Numbered from the stretch's first letter, positions 31,649-41,409 are shown. The stretch: DNA of 64,000 bases from Spirochaetia bacterium (GCA_963675665.1 OY776510.1:4992001-5056000); one strand, 5' to 3'. Translations and numbers: made by a program. The notes: generated by a model from the sequence alone, not told the origin.

Positions 31649-32532
31649 TGCTCGGCCAGTTATTCGCGCTGCTCACCGCTGTCTGCTGGGCCCAGAATTC
31701 AGTTTCATACAGTATCGCCGGCAAAAGGGTAACCTCGCGGACGGTCACCCATATTCGATTATGGATTGCCCTGCCTGCCGTTTTCGCGGTTCATTATTTT
31801 TTTCTGGGAACAATTCTGCCGCCGGTAACGTTCAATTACCAGTTCCTGATGCTTGCCGCATCCGGCTTTATCGGTTTTTTTATCGCGGACGTGTTCATTT
31901 TCCACGGTTTCGTGTTGATCGGCCCCGGACGCACCCTGCTGGTCCTTACCCTGTCTCCAATCATCAGCGCTATTATTTCATTTCTGACTCTCGGAGAAAG
32001 CCTTGGATTCATACAGACAATCGGGATGCTGGTTACAATCTTCGGAATTCTTCTGGTTGTTTATTTTGAAAATATCAGTTCCGGGATAGCCAGACACGAA
32101 CTGAAGGGATTTATTTATGCCGCGGCAGGGGCACTTGCCCAGGCCGCAGCAATGGTAATGTCGAAAATAGGATTGGGCAATGATGTTCACCCGGTTTCGG
32201 CAAATGTGATCAGAATTTCCGCAGGGCTTGCCGGACTTGTAATTTTCGCCGCCCTGAAGGGCGAATTCTTCAACGATTTCAAAAAAATGAAAGACAGAAA
32301 AGCCCTTTTACTGATTTTTTTCGCAGCGCTTATAGGCCCGGTTCTTGGAATAATCATGACGTTGTACGCGCTTCAGCTGGCGCCCGTCGGTATTGTAACC
32401 ACGCTTACCCAGATCAGCCCGATACTTCTGCTTCCGGTTGAGGCCGTATTTTTTAAAAGAAGAATAAGCTTTCCGATTCTATCCGGTACTTTTATCGCAG
32501 TTTCCGGCGCAGTTATATTATTTCTGCTATAA
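31645..32532 (+). CDS. DMT (EamA-like) transporter
   Basis: 10 TM segments in two repeats. Confidence 0.85.
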   Translation: MMLGQLFALLTAVCWAQNSVSYSIAGKRVTSRTVTHIRLWIALPAVFAVHYFFLGTILPPVTFNYQFLMLAASGFIGFFIADVFIFHGFVLIGPGRTLLVLTLSPIISAIISFLTLGESLGFIQTIGMLVTIFGILLVVYFENISSGIARHELKGFIYAAAGALAQAAAMVMSKIGLGNDVHPVSANVIRISAGLAGLVIFAALKGEFFNDFKKMKDRKALLLIFFAALIGPVLGIIMTLYALQLAPVGIVTTLTQISPILLLPVEAVFFKRRISFPILSGTFIAVSGAVILFLL

Positions 32533-32540
32533 TAACGGTC

Positions 32541-34862
32541 ATGATTGAAACCGGATTTATTCTAACGGCGCACTGCCTTGATGCCGGCGGAAGATGCGAA
32601 CTGCACTATTACGGCAAGGGTATCAACGGACCGTTCAAGCTTGTGTTCTCGCCGCATAAACCGGTTTTTTTTATCAGGCGCGATACGGAACAGAAATTTA
32701 CTTCCGGAATTGAACGCCGTGAAGTAAACCTCACCGATATCGGCAACAATCCGGTCGACGCGCTTTATTTCAATACTTTGAACGGTTTCTTTGAAGCCAG
32801 AAGACATTTCAGGGACACCGGCGTCAGAATGTACGAATCCGACATACGGGCCGAAGACCGCTTTCTTATGGAACGTTTTATAAACGGCAGTCTTGAAATT
32901 AAAGGTAACCCGCAGAAGAAGGGGCCTCTGGATATATACTATAACCCGGGAATCAGGCCGTCCGGCAGCCGCCCGTCTTTCACCGTCCTTTCACTCGACA
33001 TAGAAACGGGCACTGACGGAAGCATCTACTCAATAGCGCTTCACTGTTCGGGTGAATATGCAAATGAACAAAAAACGGTTCTGATGCGCAGCAAAACCGC
33101 CGCCGGTGAAGAGTTCATCGCGGGCGGCACAATAAATATTTGTTATTTCAGCGACGAGGACCTTCTGCTGCGCAAATTCAACAGTTATATTAAACTGAAT
33201 GACCCCGATTTAATCATCGGCTGGCATGTTATAGGCTTTGATCTCGACTTTATCCGCCGCAGGTGCGAACAGCTCGGAGTCCAGCTTGATATCGGTAGGG
33301 GTCCGGGAAGATTAAAAATAAATGAAAAACGGAACGGGATGTTTTCGGCGGAAATAAAAGGACGCGTTGTTATCGACGGCCCCCAGACATTGAGGACGGC
33401 ATTTTATAAATTTGAAAACTACCGTCTTGAAACAGTCGCCCGCAAGCTTCTCGGAAGGGGCAAGGACATAACGCCTGATACAGACAAAGTTGCCGAGATC
33501 GAGCGCCGATTCCGGGAAAACAAAAAAGCTCTTGCATTTTATAATATGGAAGATTCCGTACTTGTAACGGAGATATTCCGGAAAACAGCAATAATAGAGC
33601 AGATGGTAACGCGCAGCCTGATTACCGGGCTGACGATTGACAAGGTACATATGTCGGTAGCGGCATTCGATCATTTCATGCTGCCCCAGTTTCACAGAAA
33701 AGGTATTGCCGCGCCTGATACGGCCGATGTTGTTTCCGGGGACCATGCCGCGGGCGGCCATGTCTTCACATCGGCCCCGGGGCTTTACCCCCACGTGGTT
33801 GTACTGGATTTTAAAAGTCTGTATCCGACCATCATGAGGACCTTCTTCATCGATCCGTACTCCAGGCTTAAATCCGAAACAGATACAGTTGAAACGCCGT
33901 CAGGCATCGCGTTCTCCCGCACGGAAAACATACTCCCCGATTTTCTTGAAGAACTTATGGAAAGAAGGGCCAGGGCCAAGCTTAAGAATGACGGACACCT
34001 TTCCCAGGCGGTCAAAATTCTGCTGAACAGTTTTTACGGAGTAATGGGAACAACCGGGTGCCGCTTTTATCACCCGGATCTTCCCACGGCCATAACAGGA
34101 ACTGGCCAGTGGGTGCTGAAAAACTGCGCTGAATTTCTCCGAAATAAAGGTTATAACGTGATTTACGGGGACACAGATTCGGTATTCGTTCAGCTTAAGC
34201 ACGGCGAACAGCAGCAGGCCGCACTCTCCGGAACCCGCCTCGCGGAAAGCGTAAACAGGTATTTCTCGGGCAGGCTTGAAAAAGAATATGATGTCGAGTC
34301 TAAACTCGAGATCGAATTTGAAAAGTATTACCTGAAGTTCTTTCTGCCGCCGATGAGGAACACCACCGAAGGAGCAAGAAAAAAATATGCGGGGCTTCTC
34401 GAGAGCGGTGAAATAGAGTTCAAAGGACTTGAAATAGTACGGTCTGACTGGACGGAGCTGGCCGGAAACTTTCAGCAGGAACTGTTTCGGAGATTCTTTA
34501 ATGATGAGGACCTTAAATCATGGATACGTTCTTTTGTCGAAGATTTGAAAAACGGCAAATTTGACGAACAATTGATATACCGGCGCCGCCTGAAACGTTC
34601 CGCGGAAAAATATGTAAAAACCAGCCCTCCTCACGTGAAAGCAGCACGGAAACTCGACCCCGAAGGTATAAAAAATCTTACCGAGATAAGTTACCTGATA
34701 ACCGCCGACGGCCCTACTCCGCTCGAACTGGTTCAGGGCCCCCCCGACTATGCTCACTACATTGAAAAACAGATTAAACCCATAGCGGACGGCGTGCTTT
34801 TTCTCTCCGGGGACAGTTTCGATTCGCTCATAGACGGCCAGCAGCTTGACCTGTTCGACTAA
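32541..34862 (+). CDS. polB: Family B DNA polymerase II
   Basis: Exonuclease SLDIET; region I VLDFKSLYP; KILLNSFYG; YGDTDS; C-terminal beta-clamp motif QLDLF. Confidence 0.93.
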   Translation: MIETGFILTAHCLDAGGRCELHYYGKGINGPFKLVFSPHKPVFFIRRDTEQKFTSGIERREVNLTDIGNNPVDALYFNTLNGFFEARRHFRDTGVRMYESDIRAEDRFLMERFINGSLEIKGNPQKKGPLDIYYNPGIRPSGSRPSFTVLSLDIETGTDGSIYSIALHCSGEYANEQKTVLMRSKTAAGEEFIAGGTINICYFSDEDLLLRKFNSYIKLNDPDLIIGWHVIGFDLDFIRRRCEQLGVQLDIGRGPGRLKINEKRNGMFSAEIKGRVVIDGPQTLRTAFYKFENYRLETVARKLLGRGKDITPDTDKVAEIERRFRENKKALAFYNMEDSVLVTEIFRKTAIIEQMVTRSLITGLTIDKVHMSVAAFDHFMLPQFHRKGIAAPDTADVVSGDHAAGGHVFTSAPGLYPHVVVLDFKSLYPTIMRTFFIDPYSRLKSETDTVETPSGIAFSRTENILPDFLEELMERRARAKLKNDGHLSQAVKILLNSFYGVMGTTGCRFYHPDLPTAITGTGQWVLKNCAEFLRNKGYNVIYGDTDSVFVQLKHGEQQQAALSGTRLAESVNRYFSGRLEKEYDVESKLEIEFEKYYLKFFLPPMRNTTEGARKKYAGLLESGEIEFKGLEIVRSDWTELAGNFQQELFRRFFNDEDLKSWIRSFVEDLKNGKFDEQLIYRRRLKRSAEKYVKTSPPHVKAARKLDPEGIKNLTEISYLITADGPTPLELVQGPPDYAHYIEKQIKPIADGVLFLSGDSFDSLIDGQQLDLFD

Positions 34863-34986
34863 TCAAACCGCCGGGCAGTCTTGAAAACTGTATTATAAAA
34901 TCCTCTTTTTTTTATTTTTTATAGTTGACTTCATACTGTTTTTTGATAAAGATGGTATTATATGTTTAAAAACATAAGGAGAATTT

Positions 34987-35376
34987 ATGAAAAAGATTAA
35001 ACTTTTTGCGGTACTTGTGATCCTGCTTGTTGTAATGATGTCATGTCAGACGGCAACATTTTCCGGTCTTCAGATGACAAAGGATATGGATTCCTTTGTT
35101 GTAGTTAAAGATTTCGAAACAACGGTATCTGTATGGGAATTCCTCGGAACTCCTGCCGGAGGGAACCTCTTCAATATTACAGCTGACGCCATGGACGATC
35201 CTGTTTTCCAGGCTGTTCAGAATGAGATTCAGAAACTCGGCGGAGACGCTGCTGTGGATATCACACTTGTTCAGGAAGCAACTCTTGTCGATATGATTAT
35301 CGGCGGCGTAACCGGTTCTATTCTTGCTCCATGCAAGGTTCATATCACCGGTACAGTTGTAAAATTTGCTGATTAA
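34987..35376 (+). CDS. Small lipoprotein of unknown function
   Basis: MKKIKLF...VMMS-C lipobox; AAGGAG RBS. Confidence 0.75.
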   Translation: MKKIKLFAVLVILLVVMMSCQTATFSGLQMTKDMDSFVVVKDFETTVSVWEFLGTPAGGNLFNITADAMDDPVFQAVQNEIQKLGGDAAVDITLVQEATLVDMIIGGVTGSILAPCKVHITGTVVKFAD

Positions 35377-35809
35377 TTACCTAAATCCGGGAAGAAAGCT
35401 CTTTTTTCCCGGAAAAATTTTTATCTTAATACTGACAGTTCTTCTGATCTCATGTTCATCCGCATCCGTAAAGAAAGAATTGTCCGCTAAAACCGACAGC
35501 CTGATGGAATCGCTGATTAGCGGAAATTATTCGGGTTTTCCCGAAATAGAGTCGGCTCTAAACAGTCTTGATCCTTCCGAATCTGAAAACATAAAAAATG
35601 CCCTCTCCGGAATTGAAGATTGGAAAACGGAAATCAAAATTCTTTCAGAAAACCGGGCCGCAGCGGAAGTAAAGGCGGACATAAACAAGAGACAAACAGT
35701 TTTTATTTTTACCTACTCAACAGTCGATAATGAATGGGTTCTTGACGAAAAGATTTCACTTAAGCAGAACATAGAAGTTATTCCCTTTATAGGTCTTGAG
35801 CAGGATTAG
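35366..35809 (+). CDS. Putative lipoprotein
   Basis: LLIS-C lipobox; coupled to the previous gene. Confidence 0.6.
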   Translation: MLINYLNPGRKLFFPGKIFILILTVLLISCSSASVKKELSAKTDSLMESLISGNYSGFPEIESALNSLDPSESENIKNALSGIEDWKTEIKILSENRAAAEVKADINKRQTVFIFTYSTVDNEWVLDEKISLKQNIEVIPFIGLEQD

Positions 35810-36692
35810 CCAACCGGATCTTGCCTGCGGCGAGCCCGGCCGCGATGAGTATTATTCCGATTATCTTTTCAACCGCAACAGCATTGCCGTTATACAAATC
35901 AAGCAGAATTCCCGCAGAGAGCTCTCCGGAGTAGATGCCCAGAATAACCGGTAGCGCTGGAGATTTCAACAGCATGAAGGCAATGGACCCTGTTGTAAAA
36001 ACTCCAATCAGCCCGCCCCCGGCTATTACATACCATGGAAGCTGCAATTCCGACAGTACTGTTAAAACAAAACCGGACTTTCCGATATGGAAACTGCCGC
36101 TGATAAAAACCGCCATCGGTATAATCACTACCAATGCTGAAAGGTAATTAAATACAACGGTCAAAGGCGTTCCGTAATGCGCCGTATTACGGGCATTCAT
36201 CGACTGCTGGATCATGAGGAATATTCCGGGAATCCAGGAAATCATAATCCATAACGGAGAAGCCCCGACTTTCAATCCTATAATAACCGAACCGGGAAGC
36301 AAAAGCGCCGGCGAAAGTATTCGCTGAAAAACCGGGGAGCGCTTCCGGCCGCCACGGTAAAATCCTTCGATAACAGATGCAACCAGGGTCTGTCCCGCAA
36401 GCGAACCGCTTAGCGAAAGCAGAATACCGCCTTTTCCAAAAGATACGCTTGCAAGAAACACAATAATCGTTCCTATTGCTCCGGCTCCAAGAAAAACTCG
36501 CGGCACCGGCTGCGACTTATCTCCTAACATTCGGCGGCGGAATATTACGAACAGCAAGCCTGATGCGCCAAGACCGAATATATGTATCAGCATCAGTGAA
36601 TTAAGGCTTCCGGCAGTTGCCTGCAATATACCGTTCAGCTGAATCATTACCGCTACAAGCATCCCTGTAAATATTGATAATGCCAAAATCAT
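35787..36692 (-). CDS. DMT family transporter (YdcZ-like, duplicated)
   Basis: Hydrophobic; G..VA..IQ.NG.L, Q..MNA, PWY...GG.IGV; divergent from the Crp gene. Confidence 0.7.
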   Translation of the reverse strand: MILALSIFTGMLVAVMIQLNGILQATAGSLNSLMLIHIFGLGASGLLFVIFRRRMLGDKSQPVPRVFLGAGAIGTIIVFLASVSFGKGGILLSLSGSLAGQTLVASVIEGFYRGGRKRSPVFQRILSPALLLPGSVIIGLKVGASPLWIMISWIPGIFLMIQQSMNARNTAHYGTPLTVVFNYLSALVVIIPMAVFISGSFHIGKSGFVLTVLSELQLPWYVIAGGGLIGVFTTGSIAFMLLKSPALPVILGIYSGELSAGILLDLYNGNAVAVEKIIGIILIAAGLAAGKIRLANPAQDL

Positions 36693-36765
36693 CTGCCCCT
36701 CCCGAAAACATCCGACTTGAAATCTGTCTTATAGTAAAATATAATCGAACCGGAAGGTAGGACAC

Positions 36766-37461
36766 ATGTCCCATAAAAAAGAGATAATTGATTTTTTTCA
36801 TAATTCTTCGGAAACGGAACGCAAAACCTGGAACAAGGGCGACTACATTTGCCGTGAAGGTTGTGAAATTAATCATCTGAATCTGATTATAGCCGGAAGA
36901 TTCAGGGTTTTCAGAACGCTGAGCAATGCAAGAGAGATGCTTTACAGAATTTACCTTCCCGGATCAATCATAGGCGATATGGAAATCTTTACCGGCAGTG
37001 AAGCCGCATCATGCTCTGTTCAGTGCATTGAACAGGCAGTTACGCTTTCGCTTCCCATGAATCTAATCAGGGAAACTCCGGCAGTAGCTCCGGAGCTGAT
37101 TTTTGCTCTCGGTTGCGGTATTGCACGAAAGCTTCATGAAAATTCCGTTTCAGAAGCTGTAAACACAGCTTACCCGCTGGAGATACGCCTTGCACATTAT
37201 TATCTGTCCTATACCGACCCGGCGTTGAAAGCTGATTCACTGGGACAACTTGCCGGGTGGATGGGATGCAGTTACCGGCATCTGACGCGCAGCCTCGCAT
37301 CGCTTCGCGATCGGGGAGCAATAGAACAGTTTACTGAAAAAACAGGCAAAGGGGCTTCATCAGTTTACAGGGCTGCAGATACGGATCTGTTGAAAAAACT
37401 TGCAAAACCGATAATTTCCGAGGAGCGGGGAAGATCCTTTTTTGAACCGGGTGAAAAATAG
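36766..37461 (+). CDS. Crp/Fnr family transcriptional regulator (YeiL-like)
   Basis: cNMP domain (ICREG...IIGDMEIF) and HTH (LAGWMGCSYRHLTRSL). Confidence 0.85.
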   Translation: MSHKKEIIDFFHNSSETERKTWNKGDYICREGCEINHLNLIIAGRFRVFRTLSNAREMLYRIYLPGSIIGDMEIFTGSEAASCSVQCIEQAVTLSLPMNLIRETPAVAPELIFALGCGIARKLHENSVSEAVNTAYPLEIRLAHYYLSYTDPALKADSLGQLAGWMGCSYRHLTRSLASLRDRGAIEQFTEKTGKGASSVYRAADTDLLKKLAKPIISEERGRSFFEPGEK

Positions 37462-37478
37462 AGACTGTTGAATTCGTA

Positions 37479-38378
37479 TCAGATTATTTCAACCGTTTCT
37501 TTCCCAAGCATGCATGTGAATGATTTTTCCGTCCAGCGCCTGTATATACAGTTATAGCAGCTTTGAGAATCCCCATCGACAAACTCTTCCGGAACATCGG
37601 GTTTAAAATGCCCGCAAGCCCGTTTAACTGCCCTGGCCTCTCCAAAACGCCGCATTTCATTCTTTACCAGCGTTAACCAACAGCTGTTTTCAGGATTCCG
37701 CCGGACAATCAGCACGGGCCGTCCGGCATGCAGAACAGGCTTGGCTTTCCAGCTGATAACAACTTCTTCATTGAAACCAAGCGGCTTCATATCTGTCGTA
37801 CAGACTTCAGCAATATGCGAATTCGTTAAAAGCGCATCGACGGTGAATCTCCCGCCCTGTTCATAATCCGCAATACCGCCTTTCACCTCTCCGTCATAAC
37901 CGTGAAGCCGCAAACCTGCTCCGGCCAGCGCTCCAATAATACCATCGCCGGTGCCGCCGGTTTCTTCAAGAAAGATCCCTGCCTGTCGGGAAAGACTGTA
38001 AGCATGCTGCTTTGTCATAACTTCAGTCTTGGCCCTGTATCCGAATTCAATAACCTTGCTGCGTTCTGTAATTCGATCAATATCGGCAATACAGATACCG
38101 GGATCCGAACCGGCAGCCATCTCCGCAGCCAGATATTCGGTAAGCCCGGTTTTCAACTGCTCAAAGTAACAATCTTCTGCTGTTGTATTAAAACACATTG
38201 AGCTGTTGTGCGAGGTATAACGTACATCCTTGTGCAGCACAAGCTGATGCCGGGATATAATTCCGCAGCGTCCCCACCCCTTTCGTTCAATCAGTTCAGT
38301 CATTTCGGCTGCAATGGAGCCGGTGCCTCTTGATTCCAGATTGTCGGTGTCATCAATGCAGATAAGCAGATTCATCAT
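37479..38378 (-). CDS. TiaS N-terminal-like (DUF1743-like) protein with C-terminal Cys-rich domain
   Basis: ICIDDTD...GTG, RHQL, YTSHNSSMC, GSDPG, GTGDGIIGALAG; tail CGHF.PD.......SCYNCIYRRW....TC. Confidence 0.6.
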   Translation of the reverse strand: MMNLLICIDDTDNLESRGTGSIAAEMTELIERKGWGRCGIISRHQLVLHKDVRYTSHNSSMCFNTTAEDCYFEQLKTGLTEYLAAEMAAGSDPGICIADIDRITERSKVIEFGYRAKTEVMTKQHAYSLSRQAGIFLEETGGTGDGIIGALAGAGLRLHGYDGEVKGGIADYEQGGRFTVDALLTNSHIAEVCTTDMKPLGFNEEVVISWKAKPVLHAGRPVLIVRRNPENSCWLTLVKNEMRRFGEARAVKRACGHFKPDVPEEFVDGDSQSCYNCIYRRWTEKSFTCMLGKETVEII

Positions 38379-38525
38379 TAAAGCTCCTTAAGCCGATAAA
38401 AGATAATTCTGTTTTCGTGATTTCCTTTGGTATCAAAAACCTGGTAAAATCAGGGAACCTCTGATATGATGTGACCCATGTCAAGTTAAAATATCCAGGT
38501 TTTATCTATAAGATCCCCCCCCTGT

Positions 38526-38724
38526 CCAGGACAGGAAGAAAGATAGAACAACGTTTATGCGGCGATAGACCACTCTGATATTCGCGGATTGGTTACCGCA
38601 GGTCAATGGGATCGTCGGGAGCTGCCTCTGTCTAAAACCGAGGATCAATATTATTATTGCCTCATAGAGGTGCCGAGGGTTCTCCTTTATCACTGTTGTT
38701 GTTCTATCCATCCTTCTGTCCTGG
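38526..38724 (-). ncRNA. Putative bridge/seek RNA of the IS110 element
   Basis: 27-nt enclosing stem (38526-38552 with 38698-38724, G-U pairs on the minus strand) containing two internal loops whose strands match the target and donor junction sequences. Confidence 0.75.
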
Positions 38725-38748
38725 TAGCTTATTAACCAACTATCGAAG

Positions 38749-39852
38749 TCATGCGACTTCTGTTCTACCTACCATCATTCCCCAAATAAATCCTGATAAT
38801 TCTCTGGCAACTGCCGTAACAGTTTTCTGAGGGCATACCCCTCTACGAATCATCCTGAAATATTTCTTACTCAACCTTCTGCCGGCTTTATCAGCATAAG
38901 CTATTGTTTCAGCAGATTGTCCTTTCCTTCTCGCTGTCAGTCGTTTCGATGGCGAATACCTTTGGTAATGCCAGCTTGATTCCACTAACAGCCGTCGTAG
39001 CCTGGAGTTGCCGGCCTTCGTAATCCCGCCAAGCTTCCGGCCCTCTCCGCTTGAGTATTCTGACGGCACAAGTCCAAGATACGCCATGAAGGATTCCGCT
39101 TTTTTAAATCTTCTGAAATCTCCTATCTCGCATACAAATGTTAATGCTGTTAATGTCTCTATACCTTTGAAACATCGAAGCCGGGATACCCTTTCTTTAT
39201 ATCTGTCTTCAGCAGCAATCTCTTCTATTTTTTCCTGCAACCGTTCAATCTTTTCCTCTAATTCCACAATCGCAAGATAATATTCTTTTAAAACTTCTTT
39301 ATGCATTACCTGTTCAAACTGCAAGTTTTTCAACCAGGTTCGATGCGCCCCTGTCCAGTACTTTTTCCCAATATCATATTTCTTCCCGTTCCTTAGCAGA
39401 AACTGTAAGAGCCTCTGTTTCTGTTTCCTCAAATCAATTTTCATATCGTTACACATCCTCATGTAATCACGAACTGATTCATCTGTGCGTGTCGGTATAT
39501 TCACCGGTGTTATTTCCTGATTCCTTAATGCTCTGGCTAATTTGACTGCATCCCTCTTGTCTGTCTTTATTCGGTCTCCGGGTTTCCTCGGCAATAATGA
39601 TGGTGCTGCTACGTAACAGATAATTCCCATATCTTCAAGTAATCTATAAAGTGTAAATCCTGTAGGGCCTGCTTCGTAACAACACAGAATATTTTCTCCA
39701 TTCTCTTTAAGTCGCTTGAAGAATCTTTTAATATTTCCGGGTTCGTTCCTGAGCTCTCTTTCAAACTCAGGATTCTGATAATTATCTCTGAATACCGCTA
39801 CTGCGATTGATTCCTTGTGGACATCCATCCCTACATAAATTACACTATTCAT
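38749..39852 (-). CDS. IS110 family DEDD recombinase/transposase
   Basis: YVGMDVHK, CYEAGPTG, IKTDKRDA (DEDD) and GLVPSEYSSG (catalytic Ser); start MNSVIY with GGAGG RBS. Confidence 0.95.
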   Translation of the reverse strand: MNSVIYVGMDVHKESIAVAVFRDNYQNPEFERELRNEPGNIKRFFKRLKENGENILCCYEAGPTGFTLYRLLEDMGIICYVAAPSLLPRKPGDRIKTDKRDAVKLARALRNQEITPVNIPTRTDESVRDYMRMCNDMKIDLRKQKQRLLQFLLRNGKKYDIGKKYWTGAHRTWLKNLQFEQVMHKEVLKEYYLAIVELEEKIERLQEKIEEIAAEDRYKERVSRLRCFKGIETLTALTFVCEIGDFRRFKKAESFMAYLGLVPSEYSSGEGRKLGGITKAGNSRLRRLLVESSWHYQRYSPSKRLTARRKGQSAETIAYADKAGRRLSKKYFRMIRRGVCPQKTVTAVARELSGFIWGMMVGRTEVA

Positions 39853-39990
39853 AGTGGCCTCCGTTCCTTTGTATGTGGCGTGTCTGCGCTTTGCCATTAG
39901 CCATTGTGTAGGCTAATCCACGATTTTGCAAACACGGCGGTCACTTCATATTGTCTAAAAATCCCACTTTCGGGTTATTTGAGGTTCCCT

Positions 39991-40512
39991 TCAGATAATC
40001 CTTACTCTTTCGTTAAAAGATTTTTTCTCACGGCGAGGATGCTCTTCCAAAGGCTTTCCAACAGGGATTAGTATCCGAATTACCCTCTCGGAATCAAGGC
40101 TGCATAATTCGCTGATTGCATCAGCTCTGTTCCCGGTTCTGAGCCAGCCGTCAATCCAGACAGCGGCATAGCCGAGGGCGGTTGCACCAAGCAGTATATT
40201 CTCGGCGGCAGCTGCGCAGTCTTCCACGACGAATTCGTAATCCAGGTTAGATTTATTTGGAACCCTGTCGACATGGCAGGCAATAAATGCAGGCGCGGTT
40301 GACATTGCTTCATTTCCGCCCGGCATTGTGTTTATCTTTTTAACGACATCGGGATCTGCAATTATAAGAAATCCGGTTGTCTGGGCATTTTTACCCGACG
40401 GGGCATCAACACCCGCCTGAACTATTTTACGCAGATCGTCAAGCGGTGGTGCTGCCGCGTTCAACTTCTTTCTGTAACTGAAACGATTGCCTGCAACCTC
40501 AAAAAAATCCAT
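39991..40512 (-). CDS. Nitroreductase family protein
   Basis: R.SYR, APSGKNAQ, DCAAAAENILLGATALGY..VW. Confidence 0.9.
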   Translation of the reverse strand: MDFFEVAGNRFSYRKKLNAAAPPLDDLRKIVQAGVDAPSGKNAQTTGFLIIADPDVVKKINTMPGGNEAMSTAPAFIACHVDRVPNKSNLDYEFVVEDCAAAAENILLGATALGYAAVWIDGWLRTGNRADAISELCSLDSERVIRILIPVGKPLEEHPRREKKSFNERVRII

Positions 40513-40581
40513 TGAAATTCTCCGTAGTTATTTATGATTACAGAATTATATACTATCCTCAATGGTTTGTAAGCAGGATCT

Positions 40582-41298
40582 TTAAAACTGTTTCAAATCA
40601 GACGGGAAAACAACGTCGACGCCGCCGGTATTATTTGTTCCGCGATAATAACAGGTTGAAGCATCTGATACAGTACCGGAAAGAACACCGTCAAGATTAA
40701 TCCACGCGGTGCTTGCCCCGCTTATTTCAATATCGGCATCCGCAGCAAGACATCCGCTGAAATCGGCCTTGCTTGCATCGGAGCAGATCAGCAATAAATT
40801 CCCGCTCATGGACTCTGCTTCGATAAGACAATCCGAAGCGCCGGAAATTATCGCGGAGATATCCCCTGCCGATGTCAAATTAATATCCGTTTTGGCAGCG
40901 TCAGACACAGTCAACTCAAATACACTGTTCACATTAAAGCCCGAAACTGTAACGTCGGCGGCATCACATGCGGTCAAGGCCTGCAGCTCCGGCATAATTA
41001 CCGAGGCTCTGAAAGTGACATCATTGTAAACAGCATACGGCATAAGAGAGATCTGCAGTTTGTCGCCGATAAGTTTTACATCAAGATAGTCAATAACATT
41101 ATCGTCGCAGCTTATCGTAACGCCGTACTCGGCACCTTCAGTCAGGGTAACCTCACAAAATGAACCTGCTTCCAGGTTTTTAAAGCCCTCGGCATCAAAA
41201 GATGTTTCCACAATAACACCGGATCCTCTCATCATGTTACATCCGGTAAAAATAAACGCCGCTGTAATAACAGCTAAAATAAATATTGCCTGTTTCAT
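40582..41298 (-). CDS. DUF2807 (GIN/adhesin-head beta-helix) lipoprotein
   Basis: Start MKQAIF, lipobox FTG-C; GSG..V; DDNVIDYLDV; repeated SGAS/SDAS beta-helix rungs. Confidence 0.82.
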   Translation of the reverse strand: MKQAIFILAVITAAFIFTGCNMMRGSGVIVETSFDAEGFKNLEAGSFCEVTLTEGAEYGVTISCDDNVIDYLDVKLIGDKLQISLMPYAVYNDVTFRASVIMPELQALTACDAADVTVSGFNVNSVFELTVSDAAKTDINLTSAGDISAIISGASDCLIEAESMSGNLLLICSDASKADFSGCLAADADIEISGASTAWINLDGVLSGTVSDASTCYYRGTNNTGGVDVVFPSDLKQF

Positions 41299-41409
41299 GA
41301 TTGTTAAACACAATTCCAGTCGCAATCTGTTACTTTCCCGGGCAATTAATATTTTCAGGATAAAAACCGGGACTTCAGGCTTTACCTCTGATTCATAATA
41401 CCTTAGAGT

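Larger units (their letters stand above)
38463..39956 (-). mobile_element. Complete IS110-family (IS1111-type) insertion sequence, ~1.49 kb
   Basis: Sub-terminal IRs ATATGATGTGACC (38464-38476) / GGTCACTTCATAT (39939-39951); (T)CT core on both sides; removing it restores the palindrome GGGAACCTCTAAAAATCCC-actttc-GGGTTATTTGAGGTTCCC; visibly AT-richer than its flanks. Confidence 0.92.

Noticed and set aside
38502-38711. 69-aa ORF inside the IS non-coding end
   Set aside because: Coincides with the structured RNA region; no protein motif.
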